Counted from the first letter of the stretch, positions 10,107 through 19,891 are shown. The stretch: DNA of 64,000 nt from Nitrosopumilus sp. (GCA_965205215.1 OZ242041.1:1376001-1440000), one strand, 5' to 3'. Made by a program: numbers and translations. The notes: a model not told the origin generated them from the letters alone.

Positions 10107-11295
10107 GGTACCTCTGAACCTCCTCCACGTCCTTGTCCCCCCTGCCGGAGAGCGTGACCACGATGCGCTCTGATCTCTTCATCTGCGGCGCGATCTTGAC
10201 TGCCTCTGCTATCGCGTGCGACGACTCGAGGGCCGGTATTATCCCCTCCGTCCTGGTCAGCCTCATGAACGCGTCGACTGCCTCCGCGTCGGTCGCCGAA
10301 CGGTACGACACGGCGCCCGTCTCCTTGTAGTGCGCGTGCTCGGGGCCCACTCCGGGATAGTCGAGCCCCGCCGAGACGCTGTGCGTCTCAGTTATCTGCC
10401 CCTCCGCATCCTGCAGCAGGTAGGTCATCATGCCGTGCAGCACGCCGCGCCTGCCTGCCGAGAGCGTGGCCGCGTGCATTCCCGTGCCGAGCCCGCGGCC
10501 GGCGGCCTCGATTCCTACCAGCCTCGTGCCCGTGCCTGCAAGGGGATAGAACGTCCCTATCGCGTTAGAGCCGCCGCCCACGCAGGCAATCACCACGTCT
10601 GCGGTGCCGCCGCCCCCGGCCTGTCTTGCGACCTGCCTCCTTATCTCGTCGCCTATGACCCTCTGAAAGTCCCTGACCATCACGGGGTAGGGGTGGGGGC
10701 CGACTGCCGAGCCGAGCAGGTAGTACGTGTCGCCCACGTTTGCAATCCAGTCGCGTATGGCCTCGTTGATCGCGTCCTTCAGGGTGCGCGAGCCCGAGTC
10801 GACGGGCCGCATGGTGGCGCCCAGCATCTCCATGCGCAGGACGTTGGGCCTCTGCCTTGCCATGTCTATTGACCCCATGTATACCTCCGACCTCATGCCG
10901 AGCGCGGCGCACGCCATTGCAGTGGCCACCCCGTGCTGTCCGGCCCCCGTCTCGGCTATGACGCGCCGCTTTCCCATGCGCTTTGCAAGGAGCGCCTGCC
11001 CGAGCGTATTGTTTATCTTGTGGGCTCCGCCGTGCAGCAGGTCCTCCCGCTTGAGGTATATCCGGGCTCCACCAAGCTCGTCTGAAAGGTTCTTTGCGTG
11101 GTACAGCGGGGTCGGGCGCCCGGCATAGTTTTTTAGGTATGCGCCAAGCTCCGTCTTGAACGAGGGGTCGTCCCTGAACCTGAGGTAGCTCTCCTCAAGC
11201 TCCTCGACGGGGGGCACCAGCGTCTCTGGTATGTACCTGCCGCCGAACTCCCCGAACCTGCCGTTTTTTGGATACCTCCTGCCACTACTGCTCAA
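10090..11295 (-). CDS. trpB: Tryptophan synthase beta subunit (TrpB1)
   Basis: [37 protein letters not shown]. Confidence 0.98.
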   Translation of the reverse strand: MSSSGRRYPKNGRFGEFGGRYIPETLVPPVEELEESYLRFRDDPSFKTELGAYLKNYAGRPTPLYHAKNLSDELGGARIYLKREDLLHGGAHKINNTLGQALLAKRMGKRRVIAETGAGQHGVATAMACAALGMRSEVYMGSIDMARQRPNVLRMEMLGATMRPVDSGSRTLKDAINEAIRDWIANVGDTYYLLGSAVGPHPYPVMVRDFQRVIGDEIRRQVARQAGGGGTADVVIACVGGGSNAIGTFYPLAGTGTRLVGIEAAGRGLGTGMHAATLSAGRRGVLHGMMTYLLQDAEGQITETHSVSAGLDYPGVGPEHAHYKETGAVSYRSATDAEAVDAFMRLTRTEGIIPALESSHAIAEAVKIAPQMKRSERIVVTLSGRGDKDVEEVQRYLAGDR

Positions 11296-12119
11296 TATGC
11301 GCCCACCATCTCTCTTACGGCCTCCTCTATATTGTGACTCTTCATTATGCTTGATCCTACCAGGAACCCGTCGGCCCCGTACCCGCGCACCTTCCTGATG
11401 TCGTCGGCCGATGCAATCCCGCTCTCTGATATCGTGACGCGCTCGTCACCGCCGTCCTTGTCCCCGGCCCCCCGGCGCGCAGACTGCAGTATGTCGCGGG
11501 TCACGTCGGTGCTGATTGCAAGTGTGTCCAGGTTGCGGTTGTTGATCCCGATGATGTCCGCCTTGGAGGCCGCGGCCTCCTCGTACTCCTGTACGGTGTG
11601 CACCTCCAGCAGGACCCCGAGCCCCTGCCTGTGGGCGTACTCTGCGAGTCCGCCTGCCGTCTGTCCCGTGCACGCGCCGGAGTCGAACACGGACTGTATC
11701 AGCAGTATGTAGTCGGCGCCTATCCGCACTGCGGCGTCGATCTGCCTCCTGTCCACTATTATGTCCTTCATCAGCATCGGCACGTCTACTGCCTGCCTGA
11801 CCTTTGCAAAGTATTCCGGGGAGCCGCCAAAGAGGTGGGGTTGGGTCAGCACGGACAGCCCGACGGCTCCGCCCTTGACCATGGCGGCCGCAATCGTGAC
11901 GGGATCCGATACGGTCCTGAGCCTGCCCTCGGACGGGGAGGAGAACTTGATCTCCGATATTACGGCCGCGTGGGGGGCCGTCCTGATGCGCTCTGCCAGG
12001 CTGTAGCCAGATCTGGAAAGGCTGCCTGCCGCGCCATCGTGCGCGTCCGCGTCGTATACGCCGTCGTCGAGCGCGGCCATGGAGTTTGCGACGAGCCTGC
12101 GCAGTATGTCATGCGCCAC
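11292..12119 (-). CDS. trpC: Indole-3-glycerol phosphate synthase
   Basis: [33 protein letters not shown]. Confidence 0.95.
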   Translation of the reverse strand: MAHDILRRLVANSMAALDDGVYDADAHDGAAGSLSRSGYSLAERIRTAPHAAVISEIKFSSPSEGRLRTVSDPVTIAAAMVKGGAVGLSVLTQPHLFGGSPEYFAKVRQAVDVPMLMKDIIVDRRQIDAAVRIGADYILLIQSVFDSGACTGQTAGGLAEYAHRQGLGVLLEVHTVQEYEEAAASKADIIGINNRNLDTLAISTDVTRDILQSARRGAGDKDGGDERVTISESGIASADDIRKVRGYGADGFLVGSSIMKSHNIEEAVREMVGAY

Positions 12120-13203
12120 TGTTCCTTATCCCCTCCAGCATCTCCATGCTTCCGGCGTGCCTCACAAACGAGTCGAGTTCTGCCGACGCCCTGCCGCTCC
12201 TGACTACTTCCATGCACGCCGGTACCGCGTCCTTTAGGCTGTCGGCCGCCCCCGCGACCACGAGGGCCCCTGCCGCGTTGAACGCCGCGGTCTCTATTAC
12301 CGCCCTGCCGGCCGTCCCGTCTATGGCGCCCACCACCGCCCTTGCCGACTCCGGGGCGTCCGTAACCCTGATTTCGGAGATGTCGGATCTGTGCAGCCCC
12401 ACGTCCTCGGGCCTGACTGTGAATCTCCTGCTGCCGCTGTCACTGCCACCCGTGCCGCGCGACACCCGCACGGCGTTTGACGAGCTGGTCGACAGCTCAT
12501 CCATGCCCTCTGCTGACATTACGGTCATCGTCACCTCGGCCCCGCGCCCCGCCAGTATTATTGGTATCCTGTCCAGCAGATCCTCGGTGGAGACGCCCAC
12601 GAGCTGCCTGGATGTTCCCGCCGGGTTTGCAAGCGGCCCCAGCAAGTTGAAGACTGTCCTCTTTCCGAGCGCGCGTCGGGCGGACGCCACGTGCCTCATC
12701 GCGGGATGGAACCTCTGCGCAAACACAAAGCATATCCCGCACCTCTCCAGTATCTCCTGCACTCTGGACGGCTCCGCTGAGTTGTCATATCCGAGCGCCT
12801 CGAACACGTCGGCGCTACCGGAGGCCCCCGACGAGGACCGGTTGCCGTGCTTTGCGACTGCGAACCTGTCGCGCGCCGGGCCGCACGACGACGCGGCCGC
12901 GGCCACAAACGAGGCCGCGGTCGACACGTTGAACGTCCGCTGCATGTCGCCGCCGGTGCCGCACACGTCGATTATCGGGCCCCTGACGTTTGGGTGCAGC
13001 CGGACCGCCCTCTGCATCATCACTCCAAGCATCGACGCAAGCTCCGCGTCCGTCTCGCCCTTTGCCGACATGCACCCCAGAAACCTCGCGTTCTGCTCGT
13101 GACTCGTCTCGCCGTCCAGCATGGCCCCGGCCACGCGCTCGGCCTGCGCGCAGTCGAGGTCCCTTCCGGCGCACGCCGCGTCGACTATCCCCTCTATGTT
13201 CAT
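12109..13203 (-). CDS. trpD: Anthranilate phosphoribosyltransferase
   Basis: DVCGTGGD, NVST, KHGNRSSS, FNLLGPLANP; start moved to ATG 13203 (MNIEG), overlapping the trpG stop. Confidence 0.95.
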   Translation of the reverse strand: MNIEGIVDAACAGRDLDCAQAERVAGAMLDGETSHEQNARFLGCMSAKGETDAELASMLGVMMQRAVRLHPNVRGPIIDVCGTGGDMQRTFNVSTAASFVAAAASSCGPARDRFAVAKHGNRSSSGASGSADVFEALGYDNSAEPSRVQEILERCGICFVFAQRFHPAMRHVASARRALGKRTVFNLLGPLANPAGTSRQLVGVSTEDLLDRIPIILAGRGAEVTMTVMSAEGMDELSTSSSNAVRVSRGTGGSDSGSRRFTVRPEDVGLHRSDISEIRVTDAPESARAVVGAIDGTAGRAVIETAAFNAAGALVVAGAADSLKDAVPACMEVVRSGRASAELDSFVRHAGSMEMLEGIRNSGA

Positions 13204-13811
13204 CTTTCTTCCTCCTTCCCGGCCCCCCGGGCCATGCCCAGAAAGTTTGCGAGGATGGCCTTGCCGTGCTCTGTCATTATCGACTCGGGATGGAACTGGA
13301 CGCCCACTATGGGGTATCTCTTGTGCCTCACGCCCATGATCTCGCCGTCGTCCTCCGCGCGGGCGGTCACCTCGAGCACGTCCGGAACCACGGTGCGGTC
13401 CCCCACAAGGCTGTGGTACCTGGTGGCCCTGAACGGGGTCGGCACCCCTGCAAAGACCCCCGACCCAGAGTGGCCCACGGGGCTTGTCTTTCCGTGCCGC
13501 GCGCATCCTGCGTTGACCACGGCGCCTCCAAACGCGTGTATTATCCCCTGGTGCCCCAGGCACACGCCAAGTATCGGCGTCGTGGGGCCCAGCTCCCTTA
13601 TCACGTCGGTGCAGATCCCAAAGTACCTGGCGTCATCCGGGGTGCCGGGGCCTGGCGATATGACGATTGCGTCATATGCGCCCCTGGCAATGTCCGATAC
13701 CGAGGTCTTGTCGTTTCGCACCACCGTGCATTCCGCGCCCAGCTCCCCCATGTACTGGGCAATGTTGTACACGAAAGAGTCATAGTTGTCTATCACAAGT
13801 AGCCTTGTCAT
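13200..13811 (-). CDS. trpG: Anthranilate synthase component II (glutamine amidotransferase)
   Basis: IDNYDSF, SPGPG, GVCLGHQ, RYHSL, QFHPES; ATG at 13811. Confidence 0.96.
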   Translation of the reverse strand: MTRLLVIDNYDSFVYNIAQYMGELGAECTVVRNDKTSVSDIARGAYDAIVISPGPGTPDDARYFGICTDVIRELGPTTPILGVCLGHQGIIHAFGGAVVNAGCARHGKTSPVGHSGSGVFAGVPTPFRATRYHSLVGDRTVVPDVLEVTARAEDDGEIMGVRHKRYPIVGVQFHPESIMTEHGKAILANFLGMARGAGKEEER

Positions 13812-15388
13812 GACGATGCCTCCCTGAGCGCCTGGATCATCGCACCCGCCTTGTACTCTGTCTCTTTGAACTCGTTGTCCGGCGTGGAGTCGTATACTAT
13901 TCCGGCCCCCGCCTGGACGAACCCCTTCTGCCCGTTTATGAATATGCTGCGTATGGCGATTGCAAAGTCGCAGCACCCGTTGTATGAAAAGTAGCCGACG
14001 GCCCCGGCATACGGCCCCCGCGGCGCCGATTCCAGCTCGTCTATTATCTCCATGGCCCTTATCTTGGGGGCCCCGGAGACGGTGCCCGCCGGAAAGACGG
14101 CCCTGAACGCGTCAAACATGTCGGCCTCGTCTGATATCGTGCCCGCCAGATGGGTCACCATGTGTTGCACGTGGCTGAACCGCTTTATCATCATGAGTGA
14201 CACGGGGTGGACCGTCCCGAACCTGCAGACCCTGCCTATGTCGTTGCGTCCAAGATCCACGAGCATCGTATGCTCCGCCAACTCCTTTTGGTCCGCGAGC
14301 ATCTCGACGGCAAGCCTGTCGTTCTCTGCGTCGTCCCCCGTGATGCCCCTGGTGCCCGCTATGGGAAAGGTCTCGACCTCTGAACCCGTGACCCTTACTA
14401 GCATCTCCGGCGATGCGCCTATGGTGACGCGCCCGCCGTGCCTCACATAGTACATGTACGGGGACGGGTTGAGCCCCCGCAGCGTCCCGTATAGGGCCAG
14501 CGTGTCGCCGTCTACGTCAAACTCAAAGCGCCTGGAGAGCACGGCCTGGAATATGTCCCCGTCGTGGATGTATTTTTTGGCCCTGTTGACCATCTCTGCA
14601 AACTCTGCCGCGTCGATGTTGGGCCTAATGTTTGCCGCGCGAAATTTGCCGCGTGCGCGCCCGTTGCCTCCTTCGCCATTATTGTTAGCGTCACTGTCGC
14701 AATCGCCGCCCTCCGCGGCTTTTATCATGCTGTCATACCTGCTCTGGCCGCGATAAAAGTAGAACGGCCTGTCAAGCTTGTTGTCGTACAGTATGCCGTC
14801 GTCGTAGACCCCGAATTCCATGATCAACGGATCAGAACCGTTGGAGTCTGGGACGTCCTCGATTGCGCGAACCGCGTCATAATTTACCATTCCGACAGCA
14901 CCTCCAACGTACCTGTAATCGGGCTTTGCTGCGCCCGCGCCTTCTGCATCGGGGTCCGTCCCGGCCGTCGCCGCCGCAAGCACGTTCCTGATCGTGTCAA
15001 ACGGGTCGTCCGTACTTATCTCCATGCCCTCCGGCGCGACGCGCGCTTGCCCGGCCGTACCGTTGCTCTTTCCAGTGCCTCCGACGATACCGCCGCCGTT
15101 ACCGTCACTCTTGCGTGCTGCAGTCCTGCATATGGACCGCACGCGCTCCGCGGACGCTGCATCCCGGACTGCTTCGCCGGGCACGACCTCGACGCGGTCC
15201 CTGTACGCCCTCAGGATCAGCGTCGGGCCGAAGCCCATGATGGACGTCTCGGCAAGCGCGTCTGGGCCCGCAAGCGACTCGAATAGAAAGGAATGCTCGT
15301 ACCTGCGTGATATGCTGCTGTAGATCTGAAACTGGTTTCTGTTAGGAATGTCTAGCGGCACTATCCGCGTCCTTCCAAATACGTCCAC
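13808..15388 (-). CDS. trpE: Anthranilate synthase component I
   Basis: GDIFQAVLS, NPSPYM, EHTMLVDLGRND, FPAGTVSGAPK, QAGAGIV; GTG 15388 chosen because a TATA box lies about 27 nt upstream. Confidence 0.95.
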   Translation of the reverse strand: MDVFGRTRIVPLDIPNRNQFQIYSSISRRYEHSFLFESLAGPDALAETSIMGFGPTLILRAYRDRVEVVPGEAVRDAASAERVRSICRTAARKSDGNGGGIVGGTGKSNGTAGQARVAPEGMEISTDDPFDTIRNVLAAATAGTDPDAEGAGAAKPDYRYVGGAVGMVNYDAVRAIEDVPDSNGSDPLIMEFGVYDDGILYDNKLDRPFYFYRGQSRYDSMIKAAEGGDCDSDANNNGEGGNGRARGKFRAANIRPNIDAAEFAEMVNRAKKYIHDGDIFQAVLSRRFEFDVDGDTLALYGTLRGLNPSPYMYYVRHGGRVTIGASPEMLVRVTGSEVETFPIAGTRGITGDDAENDRLAVEMLADQKELAEHTMLVDLGRNDIGRVCRFGTVHPVSLMMIKRFSHVQHMVTHLAGTISDEADMFDAFRAVFPAGTVSGAPKIRAMEIIDELESAPRGPYAGAVGYFSYNGCCDFAIAIRSIFINGQKGFVQAGAGIVYDSTPDNEFKETEYKAGAMIQALREASS

Positions 15389-15414
15389 CCATGTACGTGA
15401 CGGCCGGGGGGTTT

Positions 15415-15422
15415 TATTTAAA
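15415..15422 (-). promoter_or_regulatory. TATA box of the trp operon (TTTAAATA on the minus strand)
   Basis: Archaeal TATA consensus at the spacing expected for a leaderless start at 15388. Confidence 0.6.
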
Positions 15423-15427
15423 CCGAT

Positions 15428-15535
15428 GAGATTTCGGATCTGATAGACTGCGGTGGCCTGGCCTTGTTGGTGCCTGAAGGCATGCCTTGTGGCTCTTATC
15501 CCGTTCTGGCAGGCCGCTGTTTGAAGGGTGACACA
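15428..15535 (+). repeat. Left arm of a diverged ~110-bp inverted duplication (partner 16906-17015)
   Basis: Manual alignment to the reverse complement of the partner: 41 of the first 57 positions identical without gaps, then shared GCATGCCTTG and GTTTGAAGGGTG blocks. Confidence 0.8.
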
Positions 15536-15685
15536 ATCGGCCTGCTTATGAAGTGGTACGACTACGACAGGCCACACATGTCACTTGACTGGGACGGCCG
15601 GGAGACACCTGCACGGGCATTTGAGAGGAAGGCCAGACCGTGGTTGACGGGCAGACGGGGGGGGGGGGAGTACGATATCTGGTAA
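15530..15685 (+). mobile_element. C-terminal remnant of an rve/IS481-like transposase
   Basis: Translates to WYDYDRPHMSLDWDGRETPARAFERK, matching the YN-x2-RPH-x-SL...TP tail of integrase-core transposases; no DDE core present. Confidence 0.7.
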
Positions 15686-15771
15686 CAGGGCCAACTGCTT
15701 TCTGAATCCCGCAATTTTCGGATCGGCCGCGATTTTCAACACTTTAGTACTCATTCCTTAAAACCCTCGCA

Positions 15772-16723
15772 TTGAGGGCTAGTTATGGCATAATTGCCGC
15801 TGCAGGAATTGCCAGTGGCCAGCGTGATACTGGTCCAACAAGGCGGGTATGACGACAAACTTGCAGAACTAAATGCCGGGATGGCCGAACAAGAAGAAGA
15901 AATAAGCAGGCTAAATGCCGGGATGGCCGAACAAGAAGAAGAAATAAGCAGGCTAAATGCCGGGATGGCCGAACAAGAAGAAGAAATAAGCAGGCTAAAT
16001 GCCGAGCTTGCCGAACAAGAAGAAGAAATAAGCAGGCTAAATGCCGAGCTTGCCGACTTGAGCATGTTTAGTCACAAACATGATGTCCGTGCCATACAGG
16101 CCCCAAAAATAGATCCGGACCCAACCCCTGTACCGACACTAACTCCAACTACACCTGGTAAGGCATCTGTTGATTTTGAGAGTGGCTTGGGTGGCTGGGC
16201 ATTGCATGCAATCCCGAGCGATAAGACCACTGTAGGATACCCCAGTCCGTACAGTTACTATCAAATGGAACTCACAAAGGATGACTCCTACCATATACCA
16301 TTAACAGTACCAGATCCATACAAAACCACAACACATGCGAAAATCTATGGCGAGGGCTGGGACACCTCATTTGGTCTTGCAAACATCATAGATACGTCTG
16401 GCACAGACAGACTCACACTGTCATTTGATGCCAAAGTTGCAGGGCTAAACAGGATATCATCCACGCCCGAGTCGATACCCAACCTGAGAATAGCCATACT
16501 CGATGACACATATGGTAAGGCAGTCAAACGCATTGTCCTTGTAGGCCATACTAGTGTGGATCAAACAGAGGACAACGGACCTTGGAAGAATTATGAGGTT
16601 GATTTAACCCCATACATCAAGGACGAAACCAGTCTACCACTCATGATATCGCAGTATGATTCTTGGTTTGCTGATGGAAAACAGGTATTATGGATAGATA
16701 ACATCAGATTTGCCACGGGTTGA
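15772..16723 (+). CDS. Surface or secreted protein: signal anchor (split by a +1 frameshift near 15812), coiled-coil repeats, Pro/Thr linker, CBM-like beta-sandwich domain
   Basis: ORF 15794-16723; the frame from TTG 15772 gives MRASYGIIAAAGIA; then (LNAGMAEQEEEISR)n, PDPTPVPTLTPTTP and DFESG...LSFDAK...WKNYEVDL...WIDNIRF. Confidence 0.7.
15869..16056 (+). repeat. Coding tandem repeat, 42-bp unit x~4.5 (14 aa, two heptads)
   Basis: CTAAATGCCGGGATGGCCGAACAAGAAGAAGAAATAAGCAGG x3 perfect, plus one variant and one partial copy. Confidence 0.95.
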
Positions 16724-16905
16724 ACTTCTATTTCAAAACCAACAGTTGTGGTCAAAATGCCGGGGAATCCTTAGACAAAGTGAGTCGGACTGATCGGGAA
16801 ATCCGGCGAGCATGCATTTTCTGCCCCGGGCAGGTTTTGTGTAGGCCACCGTTCGAACCCTCGTACATTGGAAGGCATTTGCAGGCGGTACATGTAGGGC
16901 TGGCC

Positions 16906-17015
16906 TATGCCACCCTTCAAACGGCGGACTTGCCTGACTCCTGAGAAGATCCGCAAGGCATGCTTTCAAACTCCCTCTGGGCCAAGTCACCGCAATTTAT
17001 CAGAGCCGTGATTTC
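16906..17015 (-). repeat. Right arm of the diverged inverted duplication (partner 15428-15535)
   Basis: Reverse complement reads GAAATCACGGCTCTGATAAATTGCGGTGACTTGGCC...GCATGCCTTGCGG...GTTTGAAGGGTGGCATA. Confidence 0.8.
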
Positions 17016-17259
17016 TATGTGCGTATTCGCGTCCACAGCCCGTGAAATCTGAAGATGCAGGGCGCAAAAAAGCCCTGACAAAGGCAGGAGCACAGAACCC
17101 TGCCGCTTTTGCGCATGGTTGCATACGCCGTCGTGGCAGGGTCAAGAATCCGGTGCACTTCCTGCCGTGATGCGGCTCCCGTGTCTGGCTACAAGTATGC
17201 AACCGTAAAAGAACTATAAAGTACGGTACTTTTATATTCGCGTGCCCTCTACTCATGTC

Positions 17260-17436
17260 ATGAGCACTATACTACAGGATCTCTACATGCCCAGGCCGCG
17301 ACTGGTCTGCACCACGGCCCGTCCCGTTGCGTGCAACGCCTGCGGCAGGGGTGTCGATGACGGGCGTGGAATCAGGGCCCTGCGCACCGACGGCGGCGAC
17401 ATCATGCTGTGCGACCTGCACTATCCAAAGCAGTGA
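17260..17436 (+). CDS. Small Cys/His metal-binding protein (CxxC...CxxH)
   Basis: MSTILQDLYMPR...CNAC...CDLH; TTTATATT TATA box near 17231. Confidence 0.7.
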   Translation: MSTILQDLYMPRPRLVCTTARPVACNACGRGVDDGRGIRALRTDGGDIMLCDLHYPKQ

Positions 17437-17574
17437 CGCGCCCGGCGCAGACAACGTGCGCCGCCGACGCGCCCTCTTTTTTTCTGACTTGTGTGCCTGC
17501 ACGCGTAGAGCCCCTACCACTATCTTGCATCAGTTGCCACAACCTGCCGGCCGCATGGGCTGACTTCTGTGCCG

Positions 17575-17973
17575 TCAGCCAAGCGCCCTTGTGGGATCCT
17601 TGCTGAGTATGCCGAGCACCTTTGAGACTATCTGCTTTTGGCCACCCTCGTGCATGTCGTAGCGCACGCTGTCTGATCCCATGCTTACAAAGATCAGGTT
17701 GTCGTCGCCGAGCGGGAACGTTATCCTTGTGATCTTTTGGAATGCCGCCATTGCGTACGTGCCCGGGCCGATCTTGGGGCTCAGCGCCTTGCGGCCCTTC
17801 CATGCGCTTGCGGCCCTTTTTAGCGATGCCTCGGTCTCCTCCTCTGATAGGTAGTTGGCCACCCCCTCGCGGTGGTTTACGGCAAGTATGTTCCCATCAA
17901 TGTCGGTGACTATGCTGTGCCTGATGTTGACGTCGGAGTCCATGATCCTCCGCAGCAGGTTTTCAAAATTCAT
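17575..17973 (-). CDS. Conserved thaumarchaeal hypothetical protein (roadblock/DUF6659-like)
   Basis: IRHSIVTDIDG...REG...KIG...Y...KITRITFP pattern; natural composition. Confidence 0.7.
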   Translation of the reverse strand: MNFENLLRRIMDSDVNIRHSIVTDIDGNILAVNHREGVANYLSEEETEASLKRAASAWKGRKALSPKIGPGTYAMAAFQKITRITFPLGDDNLIFVSMGSDSVRYDMHEGGQKQIVSKVLGILSKDPTRALG

Positions 17974-17993
17974 AGATGACGTGTGATCCTGTA

Positions 17994-18809
17994 TTACTTA
18001 AGGATTGATTTGGCGGCGCGATCCTCCGTGCCGGCCGCCCGGGTTCTGCCCGCCTCTGAGCACATGCTGACGAGGCGCCTCATGGGCCTGCAGTTTGCGC
18101 GAACAAACTCCGGGAGCGTACTGTGGCTTTGGTAGTAGTCATATATGTAGCGGTACATTCCGCCCTTCTCCGAGTCGAAGGATTCTGCGTCCTTCACCGC
18201 ATACCCGCGAGACGCCATTGCCCTGTGTATCTCGTGCATCTTTTGCCTGTATGTGGCGACTGCCACTATTGACGCGGCCGCGACCGGCAGTATGGCGCCG
18301 TCCGCCCCCGTCTGGCACACGATCCGCGGCGTCTCGCACGCGCGAGGACCTGACGCTGTAAACCCAATTCTGGATGAAACTACCGACGCAATGTCCGCCG
18401 ACAGCCCTAGCGCGTCGGCGTCAAACGAGTCTACGTATGCGGCCTCTATGTGCCGGTTGGCCGCACGGCATGCGGCGGCAAGCCGGACTATGATGTCGGC
18501 AACGCGGCTTATCTTTGCCTCCCTGAGCCGGGCGCCCCTGTCTCTCCTGCCGCCCCCGCCGACTTTGTCCGCCGCGGCCATGTCGAGTTCGCGCGGCGTT
18601 ATCTCCGATGTCCTGTACATGAGCATGCGCTGCGGTGCGCCTGCAATCCTCTTGTATATTGCTGACACCGCGCTGCAGGGGAGCGTCTTTGAGTCTGCAA
18701 CCCCCCACCGTCTCAGCGTACGGGACGACTCTGCCTGCATTGCGACTCCGGCAAACACCATGGGTCCTATTATGGACCCCACGCCAGATTCGTCAACGCC
18801 GCATATCAT
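17994..18809 (-). CDS. Ribonuclease HII-family protein, divergent
   Basis: ICGVDES..S.IGP, GVADSK, YVDS, AD....VAAASI; GRG and GSGYP motifs altered. Confidence 0.75.
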   Translation of the reverse strand: MICGVDESGVGSIIGPMVFAGVAMQAESSRTLRRWGVADSKTLPCSAVSAIYKRIAGAPQRMLMYRTSEITPRELDMAAADKVGGGGRRDRGARLREAKISRVADIIVRLAAACRAANRHIEAAYVDSFDADALGLSADIASVVSSRIGFTASGPRACETPRIVCQTGADGAILPVAAASIVAVATYRQKMHEIHRAMASRGYAVKDAESFDSEKGGMYRYIYDYYQSHSTLPEFVRANCRPMRRLVSMCSEAGRTRAAGTEDRAAKSILK

Positions 18810-19364
18810 GTCGCGCACGGTGATGTTATGGACGTCCGGTAATAAAAGAGGCAGGACTGCATGGTGCATGCCTTGGCTGCGCTCCTGTGCGGTTCGGGCT
18901 GCCCCCTGTTTCTGTCATGGCGTGCCCGTAATGCGGCAGCTTGGGGGTCGTGGGGAAGGGGGAGGGAGGAAGGGAGAGAGAGGAAGGAGAATGGACAGAG
19001 TCCAGAATCAGTCATAAGTCAAAAAAAAAAAACGGCTTGCAAACGGGCTGCCCGTGCGCTATTCGCCGTCGGAGATTAGCCACGATAACCCGATTACATC
19101 TTCCCATGCTTCTGCTTGCTCTTTTTCTTTCATGATTGTCTTTTGCACGACCGTTATATAACGACCAAGAACGATTTATTCATTTTTTTGAAGTGGCGGG
19201 CAGGACGGGCTGTGGACTGCGGGCCTGTGCTTCTGCGCCGTTCTGCAGCGGCCGGCCATGCCTGGCGCTGCCGATGGCTGCCAAGGCGGGTGCTGCCGTG
19301 CTTCTCCCCCCCCTGCCTTGCTGCAGGCGCGGCCGCATCCGCACCCTTGCCGCATGCTACAACG

Positions 19365-19868
19365 TCAGGATCCTGCCGTGGGCGTGGAAATTCTTCTGTC
19401 CGTCGACGTCTCGTTTGCAGTCTTCTCGTAGTGGTATTCCTGTCGCCTCAGATCCTTTTCTGATATTATGCGGCACTTTCTCATTGGAACCAGGCGAGAT
19501 ACCTGCTCGTACGTCCCCATGTCCCTCACGTCGGCCGCATACGCAATCTGTATGAGCGGGGGCTTCTCGAGGATCATGTGCTTTGCCTGCTCGTACCCGC
19601 TCCTCTGTTTCATGCCGGTGCGGAACAGCCCCGTGTTGGACTCGTCTTTTGAGACCTGCGGGTCTTGGTAGCAGCATATCGCAAACTCGTCGTCGTCCTT
19701 CTCTATTATGGTGAGGCGCGTGAACCTGTCGCTCCATCTCTCCACCGCCCTTGCGACGGCGGCTGCAATCCCGGTGTCCTCGAACACAAGCGATATCACC
19801 AGCCTGTCCTTCTCGTACGCCCATGATATGCCGTAGAACTCGGCCTGCCAGTCTATGGAAAACGACAC
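19365..19868 (-). CDS. Hypothetical protein
   Basis: 167-aa ORF with natural composition, directly downstream of the 19892-20425 gene. Confidence 0.6.
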   Translation of the reverse strand: MSFSIDWQAEFYGISWAYEKDRLVISLVFEDTGIAAAVARAVERWSDRFTRLTIIEKDDDEFAICCYQDPQVSKDESNTGLFRTGMKQRSGYEQAKHMILEKPPLIQIAYAADVRDMGTYEQVSRLVPMRKCRIISEKDLRRQEYHYEKTANETSTDRRISTPTAGS

Positions 19869-19891
19869 GCCTGACTTGAGGCGATCTCAAA

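Noticed and set aside
12109-13976. TrpG-TrpD fusion suggested by the 484-aa ORF
   Set aside because: The extension upstream of 13203 is an off-frame read-through of trpG; trpG and trpD are separate genes with overlapping stop and start codons.
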